Assembly (NCBI GenBank): GCA_964350445.1
Contig: CAYGKA010000007.1
Span: 41,341-105,340 of the forward strand
Origin: an uncultured Flavobacteriaceae bacterium
GTDB lineage: Bacteria > Pseudomonadota > Alphaproteobacteria > UBA8366 > Aestuariispiraceae
Reading direction: 5' to 3'
Length of the DNA stretch: 64,000 bases
In this document: piece after piece, positions 1 to 10,372 of the stretch
How positions within the stretch are numbered: the stretch's first letter is position 1
How the letters are laid out: each line of letters begins with the position of its first letter
Notes under the pieces: model-generated
The model's input: only the letters and a program-made list of their open reading frames with translations
Databases searched by the model: none
Told to the model about the DNA's origin: nothing
Position numbers and translations under genes: made by a program

Positions 1-862
1 TCTTCGGAACAAACCCGCGATCGGGGAGCAAGCCGCCGAAGACCTTCTGTCCAGCCTGGAGCGCGGTGGAAAGCCGACGGGGCGGGTAACCTTGGTAGGC
101 GCGGGCCCAGGCGCCGCGGATCTATTAACCCTACGCGCATTGAGGGCTTTACAACAGGCCGATGTGATCGTTTATGATGCTCTGGTCGGGCCGGAGGTCT
201 TGGACCTCGCGCGCCGCGATGCTCTTCGGCTTTATGCCGGAAAGGCGAAGGGTCGCCACAGTTACAGCCAGGACCGCATAAACGGAATCCTCATCGACGA
301 AGCCCGTCGCGGTTCAACAGTGGTACGGCTGAAAGGTGGCGACCCTTTCGTTTTCGGACGCGGCGGGGAAGAAGTCGATGCGCTTCGGGATGCGGGGATA
401 GAGGTAGATGTCGTCCCCGGCGTGACGGCGGCAGCCGGTGTCGCGGCTGCCTTGCGCCTACCGCTGACGCAGCGTGACGTCGCCAATGTCCTCAGCTTCG
501 CAACCGCCCATCCGGCGGCGGGCAGTGCCGAACCCGACTTTGCGGCCCTGGCAAACCCCAACCAGACCGCCGTCATCTATATGGGCAAAACCAAGGTCGC
601 CGATATCAGCGCCGCCTTGATCCGCCATGGCCGCAATATCTGCACACCAGTCGCGGTAATCGAAAACGCCACCCTGGCCAATCAACGCGTTTTGACCGGC
701 ACGTTGGGGGACCTTCCCCTCGTCGCGACGATATCCAACCTGACCGGACCGGCGCTGATCGTCATCGGCGACGTGGTTTCCAAGGCCGACATTGCGGATG
801 CCGAAACCTTCACGGAAGCGGCCAGGGCCGCCCTGCGGCCCACGGACAGGGCGGTCGCCTGA
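1..862 (+). CDS. cysG: Siroheme synthase, C-terminal uroporphyrinogen-III C-methyltransferase domain (5' end outside window)
   Basis: The frame is open from nt 2 (..GRVTLVGAGPGAADLLTLRALRALQQADVIVYDALV), a tetrapyrrole methylase GxGPG motif. The listed ORF 92..862 is only the part after an internal start. Sits upstream of sulfite reductase. Confidence 0.85.
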   Translation, partial: LRNKPAIGEQAAEDLLSSLERGGKPTGRVTLVGAGPGAADLLTLRALRALQQADVIVYDALVGPEVLDLARRDALRLYAGKAKGRHSYSQDRINGILIDEARRGSTVVRLKGGDPFVFGRGGEEVDALRDAGIEVDVVPGVTAAAGVAAALRLPLTQRDVANVLSFATAHPAAGSAEPDFAALANPNQTAVIYMGKTKVADISAALIRHGRNICTPVAVIENATLANQRVLTGTLGDLPLVATISNLTGPALIVIGDVVSKADIADAETFTEAARAALRPTDRAVA

Positions 863-893
863 CGGGACACGCCGAAAAACGGAGACGAAAATC

Positions 894-1211
894 ATGGCCA
901 AACAAAAGACCTATGCGGAAGCGATCACGGCGAACCGGTTGACCGATGGGGCCGTCCTTTACCTGACCGCCGACGGCGGTTGGACCGAAAAGGTGGAGGA
1001 AGCCGCAGCCACCACCGACCCAGCAGAACGCCAGGGTTTTGAAGAGAAGGCGGCTGCCGGTTTGGCACGCCAGGAAATCACCCATTGGGAACTGGCCGAA
1101 GTGGAAATCCGGGATGGAACGCAGACCGCCGTCAAGAACAAGGAGGCAATCCGGTCCCGCGGCCCGACGGTTCGCCGCGACCTGGGCAAGCAAGCCGAAC
1201 TCTACGCGTGA
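894..1211 (+). CDS. DUF2849-family small protein (sulfite-reduction operon associated)
   Basis: ATG at 894 within ORF 792..1211. MAKQKTYAEAITANRLTDGAVLYLTADGGW resembles DUF2849 proteins commonly found between cysG and cysI in alphaproteobacteria. Confidence 0.75.
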   Translation: MAKQKTYAEAITANRLTDGAVLYLTADGGWTEKVEEAAATTDPAERQGFEEKAAAGLARQEITHWELAEVEIRDGTQTAVKNKEAIRSRGPTVRRDLGKQAELYA

Positions 1212-1249
1212 CCCTCAAGGGGCCGAGTGAATTTTTGAGGATTTGACCC

Positions 1250-2908
1250 ATGTATCGTTACGATGAATTTGACCATGACTTCGTCCATCAGCGCGTCGCG
1301 CAATTCAGGGACCAGGTAGAACGCCGGCTTGCCGGAGAACTGACCGAGGACGAATTCAAGCCGCTGCGCCTTCAGAACGGCCTGTATCTGCAGCTTCATG
1401 CCTACATGCTGCGTGTGGCCATTCCCTATGGCACGCTGTCATCGACGCAGATGCGCCGGCTGGCCCATATCGCCCGCAAATACGACAAGGGTTACGGCCA
1501 CTTCACCACGCGCCAGAACATCCAGTACAACTGGCCGTCGCTCATCGACACACCCGCCATTCTGGAAGAGTTGGCGGAAGTCGAGATGCACGCAATCCAA
1601 ACCAGCGGGAATTGTATTCGGAACACCACCGCCGACCATTTTGCGGGCGCCGCGGCTAATGAGATCGAAGACCCACGCGTGTGGTGCGAGATCATCCGGC
1701 AGTGGTCCACCCTGCATCCGGAATTCGCCTTCCTGCCGCGCAAGTTCAAGATCGCCGTTATCGGCACGAAGGAAGACCGCGCGGCCATCCAAGTCCATGA
1801 CATCGGCCTCGCCCTGGTTCGAAACGAGGACGGTGAAACCGGCTTCACCGTTTATGTCGGCGGCGGCCAGGGCCGGACGCCGATGATTGCGAAGAAGGTT
1901 CGCGACTTCCTGCCCAAGCAGCACCTGTTGAGCTATCTCGAAGCGATCCTGCGCGTCTACAACCAGTTCGGCCGCCGCGACAACAAGTACAAGGCCCGGA
2001 TCAAGATCCTGGTGCACGAGACCGGAACGAAGGAACTGACCGACGCCATCGAGGCAGAGTGGGAAGAAATCAAGGACACCGTCTTCACCCTCCCGCCGGA
2101 GGAAGTAACACGGATCGCGGCCTATTTCGCGCCGCCGCAACTTCAAACCCTCCCGATCATCTCGGCCAAGTTAAATGCCGCCAAGGCGACCAACGCGGAC
2201 TTCGCCGACTGGGCGGACCGGAATGTCGCGCCGCATAAAAAGGCAGGCCACGGCATCGTCACCATCTCCCTGAAAGGAATCGGGGAGGCCCCCGGCGACG
2301 CGAGCGCCGAACAGATGGATGCCGTCGCGGATCTTGCGGAGCGCTACAGCCAGGACGAAGTGCGCGTTACCCACGAACAGAACCTCGTCCTGCCGCATGT
2401 CGCCCTGGACGACCTGTTCGAGGTTTGGGAAGCCTTGCGGGCGGTAAACCTTGAAACCCCGAATATCGGTTTCGTGACGGATATCATCGCCTGCCCCGGC
2501 CTCGACTACTGCGCCCTCGCCAACGCACGCTCCATCCCGGTGGCTCAAGACATCAGCCAACGCTTCGCCAGCATCGACCGCCAGAAGGAGATCGGGCCCC
2601 TGAAGCTGAAGATTTCTGGCTGTATCAATGCCTGCGGCCATCACCATGTCGGGCATATCGGAATTTTGGGCGTCGACCGGAAGAACGAGGAATTCTACCA
2701 GATCACGCTCGGCGGCAGCGCGGACGAAAACACCTCGATCGGCAAAATCATCGGCCAGGGATTTTCCGGCGAGGAAATCACCGATGCGGTCGAGACCGTC
2801 GTCGATACCTATCTCGACATCCGCAAATCGCCGGACGAGACATTTCTTCAAGCATACCGCCGCGTTGGCGAAACGCCGTTCAAGGAACGGCTGTACGGGA
2901 GGGCATGA
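1250..2908 (+). CDS. cysI: Sulfite reductase hemoprotein (nitrite/sulfite reductase, siroheme/4Fe-4S)
   Basis: 552 aa. Shows the NiR/SiR ferredoxin-like repeats and a Cys cluster (CPGLDYC ... SGCINACGHHHVG). Context is cysG/DUF2849/DUF934. Confidence 0.9.
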   Translation: MYRYDEFDHDFVHQRVAQFRDQVERRLAGELTEDEFKPLRLQNGLYLQLHAYMLRVAIPYGTLSSTQMRRLAHIARKYDKGYGHFTTRQNIQYNWPSLIDTPAILEELAEVEMHAIQTSGNCIRNTTADHFAGAAANEIEDPRVWCEIIRQWSTLHPEFAFLPRKFKIAVIGTKEDRAAIQVHDIGLALVRNEDGETGFTVYVGGGQGRTPMIAKKVRDFLPKQHLLSYLEAILRVYNQFGRRDNKYKARIKILVHETGTKELTDAIEAEWEEIKDTVFTLPPEEVTRIAAYFAPPQLQTLPIISAKLNAAKATNADFADWADRNVAPHKKAGHGIVTISLKGIGEAPGDASAEQMDAVADLAERYSQDEVRVTHEQNLVLPHVALDDLFEVWEALRAVNLETPNIGFVTDIIACPGLDYCALANARSIPVAQDISQRFASIDRQKEIGPLKLKISGCINACGHHHVGHIGILGVDRKNEEFYQITLGGSADENTSIGKIIGQGFSGEEITDAVETVVDTYLDIRKSPDETFLQAYRRVGETPFKERLYGRA

Positions 2909-3138
2909 TCATGAGTTTCTGGAAGCCGCTTATAGATTGGAACGCGTCCCACAAGTATCACGCCGTGAACCGGTCCGAAGCAAAGCTCGGCATTGGCGTC
3001 GGTATTTGGAAGGCCGCGCCTGGCCAGTTCGACTCCGGTGGCACAGCGGCGCCCGTTACGGCCGCCATTGCGCCGCCGCCTGCCGCGCCCCCTTACGCGC
3101 CCTATACCGCGCCAGGCGACATTCACGGCGCCTTTTAA
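2905..3138 (+). CDS. Small hypothetical protein (77 aa, Pro/Ala-rich tail)
   Basis: Its ATG overlaps the cysI stop (ATGA). It fills the otherwise empty 256-nt gap before DUF934. Third-codon positions are mostly G/C by hand inspection. No family recognised. Confidence 0.35.
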   Translation: MIMSFWKPLIDWNASHKYHAVNRSEAKLGIGVGIWKAAPGQFDSGGTAAPVTAAIAPPPAAPPYAPYTAPGDIHGAF

Positions 3139-3164
3139 ACGACGATCAGTTGAAGGATCGACCG

Positions 3165-3686
3165 ATGCCTTTGTTCAAATATGGAAAAGAAATCGCCGAC
3201 GATTGGGTTGTCGCCGACAATGATGCGCCCTTGCCCGACACGACCCATGTCATCGTGCCGCTCGCGAGATGGCGGGACGTCCGTCACGAATTGATCAGCC
3301 GCCCGTCCCAAACCGGCGTGGCGCTGGCGGCCGGGGAGTTTGCCGAAGAGATTGAAGCAGATTTGCCTCACCTCGCCCTCGTCCAGCTGCATTTCCCGAA
3401 CTTCGCGGACGGCCGTGCTTTCTCCACGGCACGCGCCTTGCGTGAGCGGTTCGGTTTCAAGGGCGAGATCCGCGCAACCGGCGACGTGCTGCTGGACCAA
3501 ATCCAGTTCATGCAGCGTTGCGGCTTCGACGCTTTCCAGGTAACGAACGAGCCGACGATCCGTCGCCTGCGGGAAGGACGACTCGCGGGCGTCGACCTCT
3601 TTTACCAGCCGGCGCGCGATGGCAAGACAACCATCATGAATCTGCGACGGCGGCAAACAGCGGATACCGCCCGGCTTGCTTCGTGA
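3165..3686 (+). CDS. DUF934-family protein (sulfite reduction associated)
   Basis: ATG at 3165 within ORF 2628..3686. MPLFKYGKEIADDW ... FPNFADGRAFSTARALRERFGFKGEIRATGDVLLDQIQFMQRCGFDAF is typical of DUF934. Confidence 0.8.
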   Translation: MPLFKYGKEIADDWVVADNDAPLPDTTHVIVPLARWRDVRHELISRPSQTGVALAAGEFAEEIEADLPHLALVQLHFPNFADGRAFSTARALRERFGFKGEIRATGDVLLDQIQFMQRCGFDAFQVTNEPTIRRLREGRLAGVDLFYQPARDGKTTIMNLRRRQTADTARLAS

Positions 3687-4918
3687 TGGACATGACTGAC
3701 GGCAAACCACCAGTGACATCGGACGACTGCTCCACACCTGTCGACTTCGCCGCGCACTGGCATTCCGACACGATCGGCGTACATGGCGGCATCCGGCGCA
3801 GCGGCTTCGATGAAAACGCGGAAGCGGTCTACCTGACCTCCGGCTATGTCTATGGGAGGGCGGAGGAGGCGGAAGCGGCGTTCAAGGGCGACCTGGACCG
3901 CTACATCTACAGCCGATACGGCAATCCCACCGTCGATATGTTCCAAGAGCGTCTGGCCCAGATTGAGGGCGCCGAACAATGTTTCGCCACGGCAAGCGGC
4001 ATGTCCGCCGTTTTCACGGCCCTTATCTCGCTGCTCAAGGCGGGCGACCGCCTGGTGGCCAGCCGCGCGCTGTTCGGGTCATGCTTTTTCATCTGCAACG
4101 ACATCCTGCCCCGCTACGGTGTTGAGACGGTTTTCGTCGACGGCGGCGACCCGGACCAGTGGCGGGCGGCGCTCTCCAAACCGACCGCGGCCGTGTTTCT
4201 AGAAACACCCACCAATCCGGGCCTGGACCTGATCGACCTCGAATTCGTCGCCAATCTCGCGAAATCGGCGGGGGCGAAGCTTGTCATCGACAATGTCTTC
4301 GCCACGCCGCTGTTGCAGAAGCCGCTGGAATACGGTGCGGACGTAATCGTCTATTCCGCGACCAAGCATATCGACGGCCAGGGCCGCTGCCTGGGCGGGG
4401 CCATCCTCGGCACCAAGGAATACTGCACCAAGGAACTGATGCCCTTCATTCGCCATACCGGCCCGAGCATGAGCCCGTTCAACGCCTGGGTCCTGCTGAA
4501 AGGGCTGGAGACGCTGAACCTTCGTGTCGACCGGCAATGCCAAAGCGCCTTGTCGCTGGCCGGGTGGCTGGAGGCGGATTCCCGCGTGAAGACGGTTTCC
4601 TACCCCTTCCTGAAATCGCACCCCCTGCACGACCTGGCCCGGAAACAGATGAGCCAGGGCGGCACGGTCGTCACCTTCGAAATTGAAGGCGGCCGCGAAG
4701 CCGCTTTCCGTGTCCTGAACAAGCTGCGGCTGATCCGCATCTCCAACAACTTGGGCGACGCGAAAAGCCTGGTCACCCACCCGGCCTCGACCACCCATTC
4801 GCGCCTGACGCCGGAAGAACGCGCGCAGGTGGGAATATCGGAAGGCATGATCCGTCTGTCTGTGGGGCTTGAGCATTACGAGGATCTGGCTAAGGATCTG
4901 AACGACGCCCTCGAATAA
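3686..4918 (+). CDS. metZ: O-succinylhomoserine sulfhydrylase (Cys/Met-metabolism PLP enzyme)
   Basis: ATG at 3686 overlaps the DUF934 stop (TGATG). Carries the PLP-lysine region YSATKHIDGQGR and is similar to MetZ/MetB along its length. Confidence 0.85.
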   Translation: MDMTDGKPPVTSDDCSTPVDFAAHWHSDTIGVHGGIRRSGFDENAEAVYLTSGYVYGRAEEAEAAFKGDLDRYIYSRYGNPTVDMFQERLAQIEGAEQCFATASGMSAVFTALISLLKAGDRLVASRALFGSCFFICNDILPRYGVETVFVDGGDPDQWRAALSKPTAAVFLETPTNPGLDLIDLEFVANLAKSAGAKLVIDNVFATPLLQKPLEYGADVIVYSATKHIDGQGRCLGGAILGTKEYCTKELMPFIRHTGPSMSPFNAWVLLKGLETLNLRVDRQCQSALSLAGWLEADSRVKTVSYPFLKSHPLHDLARKQMSQGGTVVTFEIEGGREAAFRVLNKLRLIRISNNLGDAKSLVTHPASTTHSRLTPEERAQVGISEGMIRLSVGLEHYEDLAKDLNDALE

Positions 4919-4920
4919 AA

Positions 4921-5277
4921 TTGGGGGAAACAGCCTGCAGGAGATTTTCAGTGGATAGTGACAGCGGCGTCCGTGGCCTGGACGCAGATGAATGCGCCAA
5001 GCTCCTCAAGTCCGGTGAGGCTGAACTCATTGATGTCCGTGAAGTGAACGAATGGGAGGCCGAGCGTATCCCCGGGGCGGCTCTGTATCCCCTCTCCCGC
5101 TTCGGCCAGGAACGGCCGGAAGGCAACCCCGACAAAATCGGCATCTTCCACTGCCGCAGCGGGCGCCGCACCTTCGACTATTTCCAGCTGTTTCAGATGA
5201 CCGGCTACAAGGAAGTCTTCCACATGGAAGGTGGCATTCTGGACTGGAAGGGCCAGGGCTATCCCACGGAGCGCTGA
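4921..5277 (+). CDS. Rhodanese-domain sulfurtransferase
   Basis: LIDVREVNEWEAERIPGA ... active-site loop FHCRSGRRT. The start is uncertain (TTG 4921 or GTG 4951). Confidence 0.8.
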   Translation: MGETACRRFSVDSDSGVRGLDADECAKLLKSGEAELIDVREVNEWEAERIPGAALYPLSRFGQERPEGNPDKIGIFHCRSGRRTFDYFQLFQMTGYKEVFHMEGGILDWKGQGYPTER

Positions 5278-5580
5278 CGCCGCCCGCGTGATACCAAACT
5301 GCATTTTTAACGCCCCGATCCGTCATTTTCCGCGTTTTTCGGCCAAAATGCGGACTTCTGCGAACGTCCGTTGACATCCCCAGATACGCTTTCACGTGCA
5401 TTTGACGGTTCGTTGACGCCCCATCTGTTACACACCGCACCATCGCGCTTTCGGCCAGCCTTCACCACCCGTGAAGGATTGGACAGAAGGTAAATCCATT
5501 TTGGAAATACGTGTGAGATTTCAGATGTTGTGTGCGGACGTTATTCAGCAGGAACTGGCGGTGTTGGAGAACGACCCCCC

Positions 5581-6852
5581 ATGAAAGTGGCGGCGGCGGC
5601 GGTCTCTCGTATTCAGAAGGCAATGTGGGACAAGGTCCGTTCGGGAACAGGTCGGCATAGCCTCCGCTGGGATCTCCTCTCCGTAACCCAATTCCTCGGC
5701 GCGCCCTCCGCGGCGCACCGCGCCACGCGGCGGCAACTGGCCTTCGGCTTGGTGGAAGTTCTCGAGCCGCTAGCCGCGTTGGAGGTAAGGCCTGACGATT
5801 ACCGTCACGCCCGCGAAGAGGCCTATCTGATCGATCGCCTGACGGAGCATCTGGTCGACAAATTGAAGCTTGTACGGAACTTCTTTCCGCACAGTGAGGA
5901 GGCAGGGTCACGACCGGTTCAGCCGCACTACCTGCTGACGGAAGCGGCCGATTTGATGGTCGGCCATGCGGTACGCATCATCATCCGGCAAACCCTGCGC
6001 AGCAAGTTCATGACGACCGCCATCTACGGCGCCATGACGCTGCCCGCCGAGGGCACGCGCCGGTCCAAGGACGACCCTTTCGCGGCCATCGCGAAACAGT
6101 TCATGCCCCCCTTCCGCCGGAATGCGATGGAGATCGCCGTCGCCTGGCGCAAAGTCGCCCAGAGGCATGGATGGTCGGACGTGTTCGCAATGCAGGGCGA
6201 AACCGATATGGAATGCACCGCCATAGCGATCGTCCGGGCGATGCGGATCGAGGCGAAAATCTTCGGCGTCTATCTGCCGGAGAAAATCGACCTCAATTTC
6301 ATAGAATTAGTGACGCAAGTCTCTCGTGCCGGCCTCGAAACATCGCTCAAGGATATCGCGAGCGCGATCAACCATGAGGACGGCGAGCCGTATTTGCGCC
6401 GGATGCTTGAACGGGTCAGCAACCGCAGTCTTCCGCTGGAAAGCGATCTTGTCATGCTGGCGGCCCTGCACCTGCCCGAATCCGGCAAGCGCTTGCCGAT
6501 CCAGGCGGCGAACGGTTCCTGCATCGGGTCCTGCCGGTCCCGTCAGGAAATGCTTTCCGTGCGCAGCATCCTGGCCGGCGAGTTGCAGCGTCTCCCCGGC
6601 GAGTGCCTCAATCGTCTGATGGCGCATATGGCAGGCGACCGTTTCACGAATGAGAGTCTGGACGCTTTGCTACGCCTGGCGCTGGAACTGATCCTCGGCC
6701 TGAGCCGGGTACGTTTCGAACCGGAACTGGAACTGCTGGAGCGCGGGCTCGCGAATATCGATACAACCGGGCGCGTCGCTAGATCGCTGGATGGCACACG
6801 CCTGCCCTCCGATATCGAAGAGATGCGTATCGTCCTTGCCGAAGCGCTCTGA
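5581..6852 (+). CDS. Hypothetical protein (about 424 aa, no recognisable domain)
   Basis: Long ORF with host-like composition. ATG at 5581 is preferred over the listed TTG at 5530. I recognise no family motifs. Confidence 0.6.
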   Translation: MKVAAAAVSRIQKAMWDKVRSGTGRHSLRWDLLSVTQFLGAPSAAHRATRRQLAFGLVEVLEPLAALEVRPDDYRHAREEAYLIDRLTEHLVDKLKLVRNFFPHSEEAGSRPVQPHYLLTEAADLMVGHAVRIIIRQTLRSKFMTTAIYGAMTLPAEGTRRSKDDPFAAIAKQFMPPFRRNAMEIAVAWRKVAQRHGWSDVFAMQGETDMECTAIAIVRAMRIEAKIFGVYLPEKIDLNFIELVTQVSRAGLETSLKDIASAINHEDGEPYLRRMLERVSNRSLPLESDLVMLAALHLPESGKRLPIQAANGSCIGSCRSRQEMLSVRSILAGELQRLPGECLNRLMAHMAGDRFTNESLDALLRLALELILGLSRVRFEPELELLERGLANIDTTGRVARSLDGTRLPSDIEEMRIVLAEAL

Positions 6853-6879
6853 ATGCGCGCCTGCATTCTCTGAGGCAGT

Positions 6880-7656
6880 TCACGGAAGGTCCGTTGCGAC
6901 CCTGAAGCCCACATCGTAGGACACGCGATCCAACAGCGCGCCGTAGCGGTATGTGGGCGTGGAGACGTAGCGGTCAAAATACCAGGAGCCGCCCCGGCGG
7001 ACGCGGCGAGCGCAATCCTCTTCCCGGTCCGACTGATAGTCCGCCGTCCAGCAACTCGACGTCCATTCCATGACGTTCCCCAGCATGTCGAAGAGGCCAT
7101 ATCCGTTCGGCGGTAGGCTGGCGACCAGGAAGGTTTCATGATGCCAATCGGGGGTGCATTTGTTGCAATTGGCGCGGCCCATGCCGTCGACCCGCTGACG
7201 CCCCGGCCCGTTGGCTCCACCATGGGCCGCGAACTCCCATTCCTCTTCCGTCGGCAGTCGATAGTTCCGTCCGGTCTGGGAGGAGAGCCAAGCGATGAAA
7301 GCCTGGACCTGATGATAGTCCACATAAATCACGGGCCGGTCGGGCTGGTCCCAGCCGCGGGTATGGCGCGGCGGCGTGCAGCCGCCATCGGCAACGCACA
7401 TGGACCACTGTGCATAGGTCGTCTCGGTCCGCGCGATCGCGAAGGGACGCGACAAGGTCGCCATACGCGCCGGCCTCTCCGCCGCCTTGCCGTGATCGTA
7501 GCCCATCAGGAAAGGTTCGGGCGTCAGCGGCACCATTTCCGGGCAGATCCCGCAATCCCGGAACGCCTCCGCCGCGCGCACGTGCTGCCCGCCCAAGGCG
7601 GCGAACAGGGCCAACGCGGTCAGGAAGGCGCTAAACCGGCCAAACCGTCTTGCCAT
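6880..7656 (-). CDS. Secreted formylglycine-generating-enzyme (SUMF1/EgtB/PvdO) family protein
   Basis: Internal ATG at 7656 gives a signal peptide, [26 protein letters not shown]-sulfatase motifs are present: [15 protein letters not shown] and RVRRGGSWY. Confidence 0.8.
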   Translation of the reverse strand: MARRFGRFSAFLTALALFAALGGQHVRAAEAFRDCGICPEMVPLTPEPFLMGYDHGKAAERPARMATLSRPFAIARTETTYAQWSMCVADGGCTPPRHTRGWDQPDRPVIYVDYHQVQAFIAWLSSQTGRNYRLPTEEEWEFAAHGGANGPGRQRVDGMGRANCNKCTPDWHHETFLVASLPPNGYGLFDMLGNVMEWTSSCWTADYQSDREEDCARRVRRGGSWYFDRYVSTPTYRYGALLDRVSYDVGFRVATDLP

Positions 7657-8857
7657 GACGCACCACTTCCTTGCACGGGTTGTCGCCCAATCGATAGCTG
7701 AGGTCCGCCGGGCTTTCCACGTCCCAAAAGACGAAATCGGCCCGGTTGCCCACCGCCAGCGTGCCGTATTTACCGGCCATGCCAAGCGCCTTCGCGCCGT
7801 TCCGCGTAACCCCCGCCAGGGCTTCCTCCGGTGTCACCCGGAACAGCGTGCAGGCCATGTTCAGCATCAGCAGCAGGGACACCGCCGGGCTGGAGCCCGG
7901 ATTGTTGTCGGTCGCGAAGGCAATGGGAACGCCATGCCGTCGAAACGTCTCGACCGGCGGCAAGGTCTTTTCGCGCAGGAAATAGAAGGCGCCGGGCAAT
8001 AGGACCGCGACGGTGCCCGATGCTGCCATTGCGGCGATCCCCTCCTCGTTGGTGTATTCCAGATGGTCGGCGGAAAGCGCCTTGTAGCCTGCCGCCAGCG
8101 CCGCCCCGTCCAGGTCGGACAGTTGATCCGCGTGCAGCTTTACGGGCAGGCCGAGGCCGCTGGCCGTATCGAAGACACGCGCCGTCTGTTCCGGCGTGAA
8201 GCCGATGCCCTCGCAAAACGCGTCGACCGCATCGGCAAGCCCTTCCGCGGCAACGGCGGGCAGCACTTCCGAACATACGAAATCGATATAGTCATCCGCC
8301 CGATCCTTGTATTCGGGCGGCAGGGCATGCGCGCCCAGAAATGTCGTCCGCACGGTGACCGGCAGTTCCTGTTCCAGGCGCCGGGCTACACGCAGCATCT
8401 TCAATTCGGTTTCCAGATCGAGGCCGTATCCGGACTTCACCTCCAACACGGTGACCCCTTCCGACAGCAGCCGCCGAACCCGCCGCTTGGCGGTGGCGAG
8501 CAATTCCTGTTCGCTCGCGGCACGCGTCGCTTTCACGGTCGAGACGATGCCGCCGCCCGCGCGGGCGATTTCCTCGTAACTCGCCCCTTCCAGGCGCATT
8601 TCGAATTCGCCGGCGCGGCTGCCGCCATGGACGATGTGGGTGTGACAGTCGATCAAGCCGGGCGTGGCCCAGCGGCCCTTGCCGTCCATCACGCTCCAAG
8701 CCAGTTTGGCGGCGTCGTCCGGCAAATCCGCCGACGGGCCAATCCAGGCGATATCGCCCTCTTCCACCGCGATCGCACCGTTTTCGATCGCGCCGTAACG
8801 CGCCCCGCCCGGCACCATGGTGGCCAGGTTCACATTCGTCCAAAGCTCATCCCACAC
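7631..8857 (-). CDS. hutI: Imidazolonepropionase
   Basis: 408 aa. [38 protein letters not shown] is the amidohydrolase HutI signature. Confidence 0.9.
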   Translation of the reverse strand: MWDELWTNVNLATMVPGGARYGAIENGAIAVEEGDIAWIGPSADLPDDAAKLAWSVMDGKGRWATPGLIDCHTHIVHGGSRAGEFEMRLEGASYEEIARAGGGIVSTVKATRAASEQELLATAKRRVRRLLSEGVTVLEVKSGYGLDLETELKMLRVARRLEQELPVTVRTTFLGAHALPPEYKDRADDYIDFVCSEVLPAVAAEGLADAVDAFCEGIGFTPEQTARVFDTASGLGLPVKLHADQLSDLDGAALAAGYKALSADHLEYTNEEGIAAMAASGTVAVLLPGAFYFLREKTLPPVETFRRHGVPIAFATDNNPGSSPAVSLLLMLNMACTLFRVTPEEALAGVTRNGAKALGMAGKYGTLAVGNRADFVFWDVESPADLSYRLGDNPCKEVVRHGKTVWPV

Positions 8858-8986
8858 GCTGTCACACTCCCGAAATCATGCGCCGTCCGGAAAACCCATG
8901 CTTGCCGCCGTCCTATTCCCGTCGGAGACTGCGTAGCAAGACACGCGGACCGATCCTAACGAAGCACATCATAGAAGACGAGGGAC

Positions 8987-10357
8987 ATGGAACTCTTCGC
9001 ACCGAGCCTGATGACGCCCGACGGCTGGCGCTCAAACTGCGTGATCCGGATCAACGACGGCTGGATCGTCGGGATCGATGCCGCGGACTACCCGCCGAAC
9101 GGCTCGGAGACGGCGGCGGGTCCGGTCCTGCCGGGAATGCCCAACCTGCATTCGCATGCTTTTCAACGCGCCATGGCCGGGCTGACGGAACGCTGGGGGT
9201 CGCCGACCGATTCCTTTTGGTCCTGGCGTGATTTGATGTACCGGTTCGTCGGGCGCGTGACGCCCGAGGACATCCGCGCCATCGCCTTGCAGCTTTATAT
9301 CGAATGCCTGAAGCAGGGCTATACGGCGGTGGCGGAATTCCATTACCTGCACAATCAGCCGGACGGCGAAACCTATGACAATCCGGCGGAAACAAGCCTG
9401 CAGATTCTGGCCGCGGCGCAAGAAGCCGGGATCGGCCTGACCCACCTGCCCGTGCTCTATGCCCTTGGCGGTTTCGGAAGGCAGCCCTTGGGGGAAGCCC
9501 AGGCGCGGTTCCGAACCGGCCCCGACGACATTCTGAAAATAGCGGCGGCAGTCCGATCCGAAGCGCGCGGCAGCGCGAACACGGCGGTGGGTGCCGCCCC
9601 GCATTCCTTGCGCGCCGCCGACCCGGCCATGGTGTCGGACCTTGCCAAAGGCCTGCGCCAGTCGGACCTGGCCGCGCCGCTCCACATCCATATCGCCGAA
9701 CAGGTGAAGGAAGTGGAGGATTGCCTCGCCTGGTGCGGCAAGCGTCCCGTGGAACTGCTGGCGGAGACGCAGGATCTGGATGAAACTTGGTGCCTTGTCC
9801 ATGCGACCCATCTGACGGAAGCGGAAACCGAGACCATAGCCGACAGCGGCGCCATCGCCGGCCTGTGCCCGACGACGGAGGCCAATTTGGGCGACGGTCT
9901 GTTCCCCCTTGTGCCGTTCCGGCAGGCGAAAGGCGCGTTCGGGATAGGGTCGGACAGCCATGTCTGCCGCGATCCGGCGGAGGAGCTGCGGCTGCTGGAA
10001 TACGGTCAACGCCTCATCCGGCGGGCGCGCAACGTCGCGGCATCGGAACTGGACCCATCGACGGGCGGCACCCTGTGGCGGGCGGCCGTCGACGGCGGCG
10101 CCAAGGCCTGCGGCCGGCCGATCGCCGGCATCGCGGCCGGCCAACGCGCCGACCTCGTCGTGCTGAACGGCAAACACCCCGATCTGACCGGGCGGGTGGG
10201 CGATGCTGTCGCCGACACCCTGATCTTTTCAGGCGGCAAGGATTTCGTGCGCGATGTAATGGTCGGTGGAACCTGGGCAATCCGCGACGGCCATCACGCC
10301 AGGGAAGAACAGGCCGAAGCGCAGTTTCGAGCCACGGTCATGCACCTGCTCGCCTGA
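8987..10357 (+). CDS. hutF: Formimidoylglutamate deiminase
   Basis: 456 aa. LPGMPNLHSHAFQRAMAGLTE is an amidohydrolase HutF-type motif. Divergent from hutI. Confidence 0.85.
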   Translation: MELFAPSLMTPDGWRSNCVIRINDGWIVGIDAADYPPNGSETAAGPVLPGMPNLHSHAFQRAMAGLTERWGSPTDSFWSWRDLMYRFVGRVTPEDIRAIALQLYIECLKQGYTAVAEFHYLHNQPDGETYDNPAETSLQILAAAQEAGIGLTHLPVLYALGGFGRQPLGEAQARFRTGPDDILKIAAAVRSEARGSANTAVGAAPHSLRAADPAMVSDLAKGLRQSDLAAPLHIHIAEQVKEVEDCLAWCGKRPVELLAETQDLDETWCLVHATHLTEAETETIADSGAIAGLCPTTEANLGDGLFPLVPFRQAKGAFGIGSDSHVCRDPAEELRLLEYGQRLIRRARNVAASELDPSTGGTLWRAAVDGGAKACGRPIAGIAAGQRADLVVLNGKHPDLTGRVGDAVADTLIFSGGKDFVRDVMVGGTWAIRDGHHAREEQAEAQFRATVMHLLA

Positions 10358-10372
10358 GGAGCAACGCCCCGG

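Noticed and set aside
9032-10177. 381-aa ORF antisense to hutF
   Set aside because: Shadow ORF. The HutF frame carries the HSHAFQRAMAG amidohydrolase motif.
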